A stretch of 64,000 nt of DNA, taken from positions 416,001 through 480,000 of the forward strand of contig OZ242010.1 of the NCBI GenBank assembly GCA_965204745.1. The letters run 5' to 3'. Below are positions 19,737-29,974 of the stretch, piece after piece. The position numbers and the translations under genes were made by a program. The notes below the pieces were generated by a model, which made no database searches, was not told the origin of the DNA, and saw only the letters and a program-made list of their open reading frames with translations. The stretch is from Candidatus Latescibacterota bacterium (GTDB taxonomy: Bacteria; Latescibacterota; UBA2968). How positions within the stretch are numbered: position 1 is the stretch's first letter; each line of letters begins with the position of its first letter.

Positions 19737-20618
19737 TTATACCCTAATTTTTCGCGCCCGCATCCGAAAAAATCGCATCAGCGGCTCGTGATACGCGCCC
19801 TCGGTCGAGATAGTCACAGCGTCCAACCCCACGCGCCGAAACAGTGCTTCGCGCTCCTCGCGCGCTTGCCGCGCCCAGTGTTGAAAATCGTAGCGCACGG
19901 CCGCGTTGCCAAAATCCACCATGACGCCCTCGCCGGTCTCGGCGTCTTCCAACTCCACAATGCCAATCGCGGGCAGGTCGAACTCCCGCGGATCCTCGAG
20001 CACTATCGCCACCAAGTCGTGCCGCCGGTTGGCAACGCGCAATGCCCGCTCGTAGTTGGACGCCAAGAAATCCGACACCAAAAACACCACGCTGCGCCGA
20101 TAGGTCACGCGGTTCAAATACTCCAACGCCGCGTCGATATTCGTGCCGCGCCCGGCGGGCTGAAAATACAACAACTCCCGAATCACGCGCAACACATGCT
20201 TCTTGCCCTTTTTGGGCGGGATGAACAACTCGACCTCGTCGGTAAAAATGATCAGCCCCACGCGGTCGTTGTTTTGAATCGCGGAAAACGCGAGCAACGC
20301 GCAAATCTCCGCGCCGATCTCGCCTTTCATTTGCGCCACCGTGCCAAAGTCGCCCGAGGCACTCGCATCGACCATCAGCATCACCGTCAGTTCGCGCTCT
20401 TCGTCGAAAACCTTGACGTAGGGATCGCCCATGCGCGCGGTCACATTCCAATCTATCGCCCGCACATCATCCCCGTGCTGATACTCCCGCACTTCGGCAA
20501 ATGCCATGCCCCTGCCCTTAAATACCGAATGGTATTCCCCGGCAAACACCGTATTCACCAAATTGCGCGTCCGCAGCTCGATGCGCTTCACTTTTTTTAG
20601 AATTTCGATTGGAATCAT
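19737..20618 (-). CDS. DUF58 (vWA-like) protein
   Basis: GEYHSVFKGRG, REYQHGDDVRAIDWNVTAR. Confidence 0.92.
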   Translation of the reverse strand: MIPIEILKKVKRIELRTRNLVNTVFAGEYHSVFKGRGMAFAEVREYQHGDDVRAIDWNVTARMGDPYVKVFDEERELTVMLMVDASASGDFGTVAQMKGEIGAEICALLAFSAIQNNDRVGLIIFTDEVELFIPPKKGKKHVLRVIRELLYFQPAGRGTNIDAALEYLNRVTYRRSVVFLVSDFLASNYERALRVANRRHDLVAIVLEDPREFDLPAIGIVELEDAETGEGVMVDFGNAAVRYDFQHWARQAREEREALFRRVGLDAVTISTEGAYHEPLMRFFRMRARKIRV

Positions 20619-20776
20619 AAGGCGTAAGACGTGAGACGTAAGACGTAAGACGTGAGAAGGAAGTTTAGCCACGAGCGGGGTACAACTGGCGATAGCCCGT
20701 TCAAAGGCGAGCAGTGTGTAGGGGCGATGCCCCGTGCTCGCCCGAAGATACAAGAAGTTGTCAGTTGTCAGTCCCC
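20619..20776 (+). repeat. Composite intergenic repeat abutting the DUF58 start codon
   Basis: GTAAGAC/GTGAGAC 7-mers, GAAGTTTAGC, 38-mer at 20670-20707, REP GTAGGGGCGATGCCCCGTGCTCGCCC, GTTGTCA 7-mers. Confidence 0.85.
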
Positions 20777-20850
20777 ACCCTTCCACCCCAAGGCAATCGC
20801 TAAGATACGAGATGTAGCGGCCCCCATGTCGCCCGTTTTCCACGGGATAT

Positions 20851-21699
20851 TCATCGTGTATTGAGTAGGGTTTTCAGCAATTCTGTCGCAGCGGTCATGG
20901 GCGCGTCATGGCAGATTACCATGTCGTAAACGCGCAGGTATTCCGCCCTATTTTCTGCGACCGATTCATTCAAAAATCCCACGCGGATGATGCAGTCTAA
21001 ATCCGCAGTGTTCACCATTTGCGCGTCTTCTAGGGTATCGCCCAAAAGCAGGACACAGCCCTGCGCGTCTATGGCATGACGCGCTTTGTTCAAGCTGTGG
21101 ATGACCGGCTCGCAAAATCCCGCCACTGTGCCGTGGGCGTCGAACAGCAACTGATTTGCCATCACGGTCACATTTTGGGTGAGCAATGCTCTGACCTTTA
21201 GGAACTGTGAAATCACGTTGCCAAGGCCCGCGGACAAAATGAACAGGGATATGCCACTACGCGATAGCATTGCAAAAAAATTGATCGCGCCATCGCGCAG
21301 GTGGATCAGGTCTCGGGCGGCCAGGTCTGCGATCATGGCGGCGGTGAGGCCGTGTCGTTGCATCATCGCAACTGCCGCCAGCCACCAAGCGCGCATGGCG
21401 TTCTGTTTTTCGCGGTCAGAAATCGTCCGCGAGACTTCGATGGGGCGATACCGCGCGTACAGCCGATCCATCTCTCGGCGATACACCGCGCCCAAATACG
21501 CGCCGTGTACAATCGCCGAATAGGATGTTGCATCTCGCCCATCGCTAGTTCGCGCTATGGTCAAGGTGCGATCCCAATCGCTGACCACACATAGCCGCTC
21601 GATGCCCGCGGTTTGAAATTGCGCGATTTTGTCGCGCAAGGCCAGGTGATCGGCGATCAGTAGCGATTCCGACGCGCTACAAGTCCAAGTCCGAAACAT
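20851..21699 (-). CDS. HAD hydrolase of the pyrimidine 5'-nucleotidase (UMPH-1/cN-III) type
   Basis: VVSDWDRTLT, YRPIE...EK..M.AWW, SAGLGNVI, IHSLNK, LLLGDTLEDAQM, GFLN; start uncertain. Confidence 0.75.
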   Translation of the reverse strand: MFRTWTCSASESLLIADHLALRDKIAQFQTAGIERLCVVSDWDRTLTIARTSDGRDATSYSAIVHGAYLGAVYRREMDRLYARYRPIEVSRTISDREKQNAMRAWWLAAVAMMQRHGLTAAMIADLAARDLIHLRDGAINFFAMLSRSGISLFILSAGLGNVISQFLKVRALLTQNVTVMANQLLFDAHGTVAGFCEPVIHSLNKARHAIDAQGCVLLLGDTLEDAQMVNTADLDCIIRVGFLNESVAENRAEYLRVYDMVICHDAPMTAATELLKTLLNTR

Positions 21700-22717
21700 A
21701 GTCCGCGATTTCCTTCGGCTGTCCATCTAAGGTGGTTTCCATTGCGGCGATGACCATCGCGTACGAAATGATGTTTTTTTCAATGCGCGTGTCAGAAGGC
21801 GGGCCGCCGTCGAGCCAGTTGAGAAATTCATCGAAGAGATGATCGTGGCCTTCTCGTTCAATTTCGGGCGCGTCATAGACTTCGGGGGACTGTCCAACGC
21901 GGTGGATGGTCATTGTCGCGCCTTCGGCGATTTCGACCGTGCCCGCTTCAAATTCTGCGCGGTAGTGTTCCCGGTGCCAGCAGTTGGTGATGCCAGCCGC
22001 CGAACTGTTGCCCTCGTAAAAGGCGTGCGTGCCGTTGTCCATGTTGACGAGGTACATGCCGCTTGAATGGTGGTCAAAGCTGGACCATTCGGGGTTCCAG
22101 CCAAATCCCATCAGGGTGTCGGGATCGCCGCCTGCGAGGAAGCGGAGCATGTCAAAGTGATGCACCGAGCCTTCAAAGAGGAGGCCAAATTCCATGGTGT
22201 GCCGCCAGTCTTTGCCCCACGCGCCAAATTCTCGGTAGTCGCAGGCATAGCGTCCAACGATGTGCTGAAGGCGACCCAAGCGACCCTCATTGCGGAGCCG
22301 CACGAGTTCCCGCTTGTTGCGGGCATAGCGATAATTTTGAATGATGGCGCAGGGCAGGCCCGTTTTTTGTGCTGCGCGAACCATGGCTTTGGCCGCATTG
22401 AGCGCGTCTGCAATGGGTTTTTCAGAGATGACGGGCATCCCGGCTTCCAGCGCGGCTATGGTCGCTGGCGCGTGAAATTGCGGCGGCGTTGCCACGCCAC
22501 AAAAGTCGGCTTTGACAGAGGATATGGCGTCCTCGTGTGAGGTGAAAAGTCGGTTTTTGGACAGGCCAAGCGCCTGCGCCTGCCGATCTAGCACGCCTTG
22601 ATCCACATCGACGAGACCGATGATTTTGATGCGGTCTCCAAAGTTTTGCGTCATGCGATTGATCCAGCCGCCGGCCATCCCGCCGCCGCCGACCATGAGA
22701 CACGTCTTGACTGCCAT
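21677..22717 (-). CDS. Gfo/Idh/MocA oxidoreductase
   Basis: VGGGGMA, TPPQFH, SEKP, HHFD. Confidence 0.9.
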   Translation of the reverse strand: MAVKTCLMVGGGGMAGGWINRMTQNFGDRIKIIGLVDVDQGVLDRQAQALGLSKNRLFTSHEDAISSVKADFCGVATPPQFHAPATIAALEAGMPVISEKPIADALNAAKAMVRAAQKTGLPCAIIQNYRYARNKRELVRLRNEGRLGRLQHIVGRYACDYREFGAWGKDWRHTMEFGLLFEGSVHHFDMLRFLAGGDPDTLMGFGWNPEWSSFDHHSSGMYLVNMDNGTHAFYEGNSSAAGITNCWHREHYRAEFEAGTVEIAEGATMTIHRVGQSPEVYDAPEIEREGHDHLFDEFLNWLDGGPPSDTRIEKNIISYAMVIAAMETTLDGQPKEIADYVSDLDL

Positions 22718-22797
22718 AGCGCACTCCTATAAAAAAAGAAACCGGCGCATCGCCCCACATGATACGCCGGTTTTTTGCAACTGCGAAGAAAATGCGA

Positions 22798-23817
22798 TTA
22801 TTCCACTTCGAGGTCTTCGGCATCCAGTTGAAACCAGAACACATCCCCGGATTCGATGGTGTTCTGTATGCGATTGTCTTTGTACATGCCGGCGACGACC
22901 GCATAAGCGCGTTTGCCCGTGAACCGGGTTAAAAACGCAGCATTGCGAATGGCCCGCCGCGTATCCCGGCCATTGGCTGTGAAGGAGATTTCCACGGCGA
23001 TATAGCAGGTTTCACCGTCCTGACCCGCGGCTTCCATGATCAAGTCTGCCGAGTAGAAACTCCGCCGCTCGTTTCTGGGGATGTCCGCCGCATCGTGGGG
23101 GTGAATGAGAGAGATGATTTTTTGTTGGGACACAATGCCGACCAGGTCAAATCCCATGTCATGGGCGATCAAGGCGGCATTTCTGATCGCTGAGGTTCTG
23201 GCATGCCCCCCTTTGAGCACACCTACACTGGTTTCGAGCCTATCCAGTCTGCTTTCGATCTTGTCCAGTCTGCTTTCGATCTTGTCCAGTCTGCTTTCGA
23301 TCTTGTCCAGTCTGTCTTCGACCTTGTCCAGTCTGCTTTCGATCTTGTCCAGCCGGTGTTCGATCTTGTCCAGCCGGTGTTCAACCTTGTCCAGTCTGCT
23401 TTCGACTTTGTCCAGTCGGTGTTCAACTTTCTCCAGTCTGCTTTCGACCTTGTCCAGTCTGTCTTCGACCTTGTCCAGTCTGCCTCCGCCTTTGTCCAGC
23501 CTACCTTCAACTTTGTCCATCCGCTTGTTCATAGCCTCAAATTGCTTGTTCATAGCCTCAAATTGCTTGTTCGTGGCTTCGATAAACTTGTCCACTTTAG
23601 CGACAAAGGCGTTCATCTTAGCGACGAACTTATTCATTTCGGCGACGAACTTATTCATTTCGGCGACAAAGGTGTTCATCTCGGCGACGAACTCGGTGAA
23701 CTTTTCGGGCAGATCGAGCAACTCGGGCGTGAGCAACCGGGCACGCAAGGCGTCAATCCACTCGGGTTTTTCGTCCAGTACGTGGATCAGGTCTTCTATG
23801 GTATTGATAGTGTACAT
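22798..23817 (-). CDS. Heptad-repeat coiled-coil protein with a C-terminal PD-(D/E)xK-like domain
   Basis: Three kinds of 7-aa repeat (FVAEMNK, NKQFEAM, RLDK(V/I)ES) then ADLIM...AVEIS. Confidence 0.75.
   Translation of the reverse strand: MYTINTIEDLIHVLDEKPEWIDALRARLLTPELLDLPEKFTEFVAEMNTFVAEMNKFVAEMNKFVAKMNAFVAKVDKFIEATNKQFEAMNKQFEAMNKRMDKVEGRLDKGGGRLDKVEDRLDKVESRLEKVEHRLDKVESRLDKVEHRLDKIEHRLDKIESRLDKVEDRLDKIESRLDKIESRLDKIESRLDRLETSVGVLKGGHARTSAIRNAALIAHDMGFDLVGIVSQQKIISLIHPHDAADIPRNERRSFYSADLIMEAAGQDGETCYIAVEISFTANGRDTRRAIRNAAFLTRFTGKRAYAVVAGMYKDNRIQNTIESGDVFWFQLDAEDLEVE
23240..23520. repeat. 21-bp coding tandem array (about 13 units)
   Basis: Consensus TCCAGTCTGCTTTCGATCTTG. Confidence 0.9.
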
Positions 23818-24108
23818 AGCAGTTCCTTTCTCGTGCGACAAAACGATGATCAATGACAAAAAATATACCCTATTTCACTCGGTTTTGCAACCGCTTATTG
23901 TTCATCTTTCCGCTTGCCTCCAAAGGCGAAATCCGATATATAAAGTTTATGCCGTTGGGCAACAAAAAGGAAAGACGATGAAATGTTGCGACAGGCGGGA
24001 ATTGACGAAGAAAAATTTCGAGACTTGTCGTCGCTCCTGAAGCGATCACAGGATGCGCTCTGAAGACGGATCGCAGTTTGCCGTTGCTTTTTTTATTTTG
24101 GTTTGAGT

Positions 24109-24927
24109 ATGGATGCAAATGCCTCGCTGCTGTTGTCGGGATATTCCGTTGCCATCGTTGCCGCGTCTTTGCTCGGCGGGTGGTTGCCGGGTGTTGTGAC
24201 CATGACGCATACGCGCACGCAGATGGTGATGAGCTTTGTGGCGGGGATGATTCTCGGCATTGCCCTGTACCATCTCTTGCCCCACGGCTTGGCGCAGATC
24301 CCCGGGCCAAAGGCAGTTGAGACAGCCGTGTGGTGGATGATGTTGGGCCTCATTCTGATGGTGTTGCTGTTGCGTTTTTTCCACTTTCACCAACACGACT
24401 TCAGCCATGAGGAGCGCGATCACAGCCAGGATGTGCATTCGCTGAGTTGGGTCGGCATTGCCCTTGGCATGGCCCTGCACACGGTGACAGAGGGCATCGC
24501 GTTGGGCGTGAGCATTCGAGTGGAATGGTCGTTTGAAGACGGAGTGGGTTTGGCGGGACTCGGCGTGTTTTTGGCGATCTTTTTGCACAAGCCGCTCGAC
24601 GCGCTCTCCATTACGAGCGTCATGCAAGCCGCCGGGTTGCGCCCTTGGGCTTGCACAGCGGTCAATATTGGGTTTGCCTTGCTCTGCCCGATAGGCGCCT
24701 TCTTGACGTTTTGGGGCGTGGGGCTGTTCGGCGCGTGGACAGGGCAGGTGATCGGTTGCACGCTGACGTTCGCGGCCGGCGCGTTTTTGTGCATTTCCCT
24801 GAGCGATTTGTTGCCGGAGATCCATTTCCACAGCCACGACCGCGGCAAGCTCACCGGGGCTTTTCTCATCGGAATTGGCTTGGCTTACGCGCTGCGCTTT
24901 GTCGAATCCGGTGCAGTGCATCCTTAA
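24109..24927 (+). CDS. ZIP-family metal transporter
   Basis: His-rich loop HFHQHDFSH, LHTVTEG, HKPLD, LLPEIH. Confidence 0.9.
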   Translation: MDANASLLLSGYSVAIVAASLLGGWLPGVVTMTHTRTQMVMSFVAGMILGIALYHLLPHGLAQIPGPKAVETAVWWMMLGLILMVLLLRFFHFHQHDFSHEERDHSQDVHSLSWVGIALGMALHTVTEGIALGVSIRVEWSFEDGVGLAGLGVFLAIFLHKPLDALSITSVMQAAGLRPWACTAVNIGFALLCPIGAFLTFWGVGLFGAWTGQVIGCTLTFAAGAFLCISLSDLLPEIHFHSHDRGKLTGAFLIGIGLAYALRFVESGAVHP

Positions 24928-25006
24928 AAAAACGCCTCGGCAGTTCACAATCGTCGGGGTGCTATCGTATTTGTCGTAAAAAATACAAAAGCAGATAATT
25001 TTTTTC

Positions 25007-25034
25007 TTGCAATGGCTTCTAAATTTGTTATCTT
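25007..25034 (+). promoter_or_regulatory. Putative extended -10 promoter
   Basis: TTGCAA-16 nt-TATCTT with TGn, upstream of 25111. Confidence 0.45.
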
Positions 25035-25110
25035 TTGCCCACACTTCGTTACGCTCGTTTTGGCTGACTTCATAAGCCAGAAACCCCCATCCTACCCAAG
25101 GAGGAGAATC

Positions 25111-28100
25111 ATGAAGATGCTGAACAGATTTTTGACCTGCTCGACCATGTGTTGGGCTTTTGTATTGGTGTGCCTCTGCTTCTCAGGAGCTAAGGCACAG
25201 ACGACGAAATATCAGACTATCACAACGACTGCTTCAACTACGGCTCCCGGCCCAAGTACTCAGATCGATTTCGACTTCGCCTACGCAACCACTCCGGCAG
25301 AGACAACTGCCGGTGTATCCCTCGCGATGTGTTACGACACGACCAAAGTGGTCGCGAAAGGATCAGTCGTGGCGGATGCATACTCCAACCTTATTACTGT
25401 ACTTGAGGTTGTACCTGATCTTCTTACCGGAGGCGCAGGCCAGATATCAGGGCCATCTTTTTCCTTTGAAGATATAGATAGCGACCCTGCTACTAACAAG
25501 TGTATATCGGTAGCATTTATTAACCAGCAAACTGGCAGCTTCCCTACTTCTTTCACGCGCTTATTAACTATTCACTTGGTCACAAGGGCTACTTTTGGAG
25601 TGAGTGATAACGGTTTAACAACAGTAAATATGGCGATCACTGAGTCAGCAGCTGGCTTTACAGAGCGACTAACCCCTGCGTCGATTGTACTTTCAAACCC
25701 GAATACCAACAATCCACCTGTCTTCACCAGTCCGGATACCTTTAGGGTGGCGGAAAATACCATAACCACGCCAGTTGGCACGGTCACGGCTCCAGACCCC
25801 AATACCGAAGACAACGTTACCTATGCGTTTGTCGGCAGTTCTGCGGACACTACCGATTTTAGTCTCGATTCAACAACGGGCGTGTTGGTCTTTAAGACGG
25901 CACCAGACTTCGAAACCCCAACGGATCGCCTCATTGCGGCCCCGGCCAATGCGGCGATGACAACAACCATTATATCCTCATTGTACAGGCGACGGGAGGA
26001 GCCGCTAGTCGGGCCATGACGACCAATGATACCATCGTAGTTATAGTCACCGATGTAGTAGTACCGGTTGCGCCCACCGGTCTGACGCCGACCGCCGGTG
26101 ACGCGCAGATATCTCTGACCTGGACTGATCCTGAAAACCCCACCATTACGAGCTACGATTATAGCTCCGATGGTGGTACCACTTGGAACGCAATAGCGAA
26201 CAGCGGCGCGACCACAACCAGTTATACAGTGACATCATTGACGAATGGCACGGCGTACGAGATCCAACTGCGGGCCGTAAATGCGGAGGGCGATGGTGCT
26301 GCTGCCACTGCGGCTTCGGCGACCCCGCAATCCTCAGACGCGACGCTGAGCGCACTGACCATTTCGCAGGGGACGCTGACTCCTACCTTTGCTTCAACTA
26401 TCACGGCGTACCGGGCGACGGTTCCAAACGCCACGGCTAGCCTAACGGTAACGCCGACAGTTAATGAATCTAACGCCACCGTCGAGGTCAATGGAACAGC
26501 CGTGACGAGCGGCACTGCCAGCGGTTCTATCACCTTGACCGTTGGAGAAACCACGATCTCCATTGTAGGAACCGCCCAAAACACAACCACGACCCTGACC
26601 TATACAGCGACCGTGCTACGGCAGATTGAAGTTATAGGTGGTACAAATACCATGGAAAGCGAGGAAGGCCAGATCAGCACGCAGGTCAGCGGGACAACGG
26701 TCGAGCTCATCCTGCCTAAAAATTCCGGCACAGATACCCTGACGTTTAGTAAGCCCACTGCCCAAGCTATAACAGTTGCTCGGCCCACCACTGCTCGCTT
26801 TGCGGCAGCGGAAACCTTCATAGACATCGCAAATGTCGTAATTCCTGCAGATTCTACTGCTACTGTGTGTCTGCCCGTGCCCTCGGATTTTAGTGATCTG
26901 CCCATTGCTCAGCAGTTGGTGTACCACCTACCCACAGGTGCAACTGCGTGGGTGACCTTGCCACGAGTCGAGTCGTCTCAGGAAGGTTTTGTATGCGGGA
27001 CAGTGACCACCTTCTCGCCCTTTACTGTCGGAACCGTCGAAAGACCGGATACAGCCCCTCCCGGACTAGAAGCAGAGGGTAGCGACAGAACAGTAACCCT
27101 AAATTGGAACAACCCCCAAGATCTCACCATCACGGGTTACCAAAGGCGCTACAAGACCGTAGATGGGGACTACAACGAGTGGGCAACGATAGAAAATAGC
27201 GACGCGAGCACGGTCCGGTTTATCTTGACAGATCTGGAAAATGGTTTGGAATATGTCTTTCAACTGAGGGCGATCAACTCAGGTGGAAACGGACCTGCGT
27301 CTGAGGTGACAGCACTCACGCAGTCTATACCGCCCCCGGAATTTACGGATGCGTTGGAACCGCAATATTATCAGCAAGGCACGCCCATCACACTGATATT
27401 CCCACAAGTGATAGGTGGCGAAGGGCAACTGACTTACGAACTGACGTTGCCTGTTGACGGGCTGACCTACACCCCGCCAAGCGATGAAGACAAGCACAGT
27501 GGTGTCTTGTCTGGCACACCGACCACCGCGCAGGATAGAGCGACTTACACCCTGACAGTAACGGATGAAGGTGGCACCGTGCAGAGCCTGTCCTTTATCT
27601 TGATCGTGAAGGCAGATCTGATACCGACCTTCGGCGATAAACAGGTCCCCGCGCAAAATTATGTGCAGAACCGGGCAATTGAGGCATTGACCCTGCCGCA
27701 GGCAACTGGTGGCGATGGAACGCTGTCCCACACGCTGACGCCCGATCTGCCTGATGGCTTGACCTTCGATGAGAAGACGCATGTGCTGTCTGGCACGCCG
27801 CTCGAGGCACTAGACACGACGACTTACAAGCTGACCGCATTGGACGCCGATGGCGACGCGATAATTTTGTCATTCAGCTTAGTCGTGGCGGCAGATCTGA
27901 TGCCGATCTTTGGCGATTCGACGTTGACCGCACAAAAATACACAATGGGAATAGCGGTCAACCTAGAACTGCCCGTAGCGACCGGTGGTGATGGGACGTT
28001 GCGCTACATCTTATTCCCCTCTCCACCCGATGGGCTGACATTTGACAATGAGACGCGAGTGCTATCCGGCACGCCGATCAAGACAATGGCTGAAACCGAG

Positions 28101-28352
28101 TACACGCTGACCGCATTGGACGCCGATGGCGACACGGCCACGCTGACCTTCATGCTTGACGTGCAATTGCCCTCGCCCGACTTTAATGGCGATGGGCAGG
28201 TGAATTTTGCTGACTTCGTGATCTTTGCGGGCAAGTTCGGATCGCAACGCGGTCAGGACAGGTATGACGCTCGGTGCGATCTCAACGGCGATGGTCAAAT
28301 TGGATTTGACGATTTTTTGATATTTAGTCAGCGTTTCGGCTCTGAAGTCTGA
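25111..28352 (+). pseudogene. Secreted multidomain protein (cohesin-like, cadherin, FN3, Ig-like repeats, EF-hand dockerin) split by a one-base frameshift near 25955
   Basis: SD GGAGGAG and signal peptide; the cadherin domain APDFETP continues in the -1 frame as DDNNHYILIVQATGGAASRAMTTNDTIVVIVTDV; ends DFNGDGQVNFADF...DLNGDGQIGFDDF. Confidence 0.75.
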
Positions 28353-28377
28353 CGTAGAATCGGCACTCGCCACACAA

Positions 28378-28416
28378 AAAGCCCGGGTTCATCGCGAACC
28401 CGGGCTTTATTTTTTT
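28378..28416 (+). terminator. Rho-independent terminator
   Basis: AAAGCCCGGGTTC-atcgc-GAACCCGGGCTTT plus T tract. Confidence 0.85.
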
Positions 28417-28594
28417 CAATACCCATGGTGGGTTACTCGCTACATTTCCATTGCACGAACGCAATGGCCTCTGAATGGGCGGGCGCGAGCAACGAGAAGG
28501 ACGCCCAGAGAAATACTATCGGTCAGCATGTCCATGAAGTTGAATATCATCGATGCCTCCCGTGATCGCGGGCTTAGGAGTGAGGAATAAAGCG

Positions 28595-29974
28595 ATGGAT
28601 TACGACGTCATCGTCATTGGCGGCGGCAGCGCGGGGTATGCGGCAGCGCGCACGGCCCAAGAGCGCGGCGCGAAAGTTGCCATCATCGACCAAGGGCCGT
28701 TGGGCGGCCTGTGCATTTTGCGCGGGTGTATGCCCACCAAAGCCATTTTGCGCTCGTCCGAGATCATGTCGTTGATGCGCCGCGCCGAGGAATTTGGCCT
28801 GCGTGCGTCCAAGTTGCGCGCCGACCTCGGGGAGATCAATGACCGAAAACGCGCGCTCGTCAAGGAATTTGCAGACTATCGCATCGCGCAACTTTGCAGT
28901 CCGCGATTCGCGCTCATCTCTGGCAGGGCGCGGTTTGTCAATCGCACCGCCATTGCCGTGGGGCGACGAACTTTGACTGCGCGGAGTTTCATCATCAGCA
29001 CGGGGTCAGCGGTTGCCGACATCGCCATTGCCGGGCTGAAAGAGGTGGGGTATCTCACCAGCGATGACGCGCTCGAATTGCGGGCATTGCCCGAGTCCAT
29101 GATCGTGTTGGGCGGCGGGCCAGTCGCCGTGGAGTTTGCCCAGTTTTTCTGCCGCTTGGGCACACGCACCACCCTGATTCAGCGCAGCGACCACATCTTC
29201 AGCAACACGGATGAAGACCTCGCCCGCCCGGTGGAGGCCCGATTCAGGCAAGAGGGGATGCGGGTTTTTACCGGGACGCAGTTGCAAAAATTCACGCAAA
29301 AGGACGATGCCAAAATCGCGCATTTTCTCCACCAGGGCAAACCGCACACGGCTTCGGCAAAGGTGATCCTCCAGGCGTTGGGGCGCGTGCCCGCCATCCA
29401 ATCGCTCGCGCTTAAAAATGCGGGCGTGCAGGTTGCGAACGGCCGCATTGTCGTGGATGAGCAGATGCGGACGAGCGCGCCCAATATTTTTGCGGCGGGC
29501 GATTGCACGGGGCTTTACGAAATCGTCCACATCGCGGTGCAACAAGGCGAGGTGGCCGGGCACAACGCGGTTGAGCACACCCAAAAGCAGCGCATCGACT
29601 ACAGGCTCAAAGCCGAAGTGGTTTTCACGGATCCGCAACTCGCATCGGTGGGGCTTACCGAAAAAGAATGCCGCGCCCAAAATATCCCCTATCGCGTCGC
29701 GTCCTATCCCTTTGACGATCACGGCAAGTCCATGGTCATGGGCGAAACCCATGGCTTTGTCAAACTCCTCTGCCAGCCCGAGACCGGCGAACTCATCGGC
29801 GGGCACATCGTCGGGCCGGAGGCGTGTGAACTCATCCACGAACTCATCGCCATCATGCACTTTCGCGGGACGGTGTATGACCTGATGAGCATGCCGCATT
29901 ACCACCCCACCCTCGCGGAAATTCTCACCTATCCGGCCGAAGACCTCGCCGAGGCAATTCAATCTTCGGCGTGA
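28595..29974 (+). CDS. Pyridine nucleotide-disulfide oxidoreductase (dihydrolipoamide dehydrogenase-like)
   Basis: GGGSAG, GGLCILRGCMPTK, AAGD, HPTLAE; no C-terminal MerA cysteine pair. Confidence 0.85.
   Translation: MDYDVIVIGGGSAGYAAARTAQERGAKVAIIDQGPLGGLCILRGCMPTKAILRSSEIMSLMRRAEEFGLRASKLRADLGEINDRKRALVKEFADYRIAQLCSPRFALISGRARFVNRTAIAVGRRTLTARSFIISTGSAVADIAIAGLKEVGYLTSDDALELRALPESMIVLGGGPVAVEFAQFFCRLGTRTTLIQRSDHIFSNTDEDLARPVEARFRQEGMRVFTGTQLQKFTQKDDAKIAHFLHQGKPHTASAKVILQALGRVPAIQSLALKNAGVQVANGRIVVDEQMRTSAPNIFAAGDCTGLYEIVHIAVQQGEVAGHNAVEHTQKQRIDYRLKAEVVFTDPQLASVGLTEKECRAQNIPYRVASYPFDDHGKSMVMGETHGFVKLLCQPETGELIGGHIVGPEACELIHELIAIMHFRGTVYDLMSMPHYHPTLAEILTYPAEDLAEAIQSSA

Noticed and set aside
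28439-28561. 36-codon minus-strand ORF with a GGGAGG SD
   Set aside because: It is too short and has no recognisable motif.
28595-29974. Mercuric reductase
   Set aside because: There is no C-terminal CC pair and no mer genes; HPTLAE fits the lipoamide dehydrogenase type.
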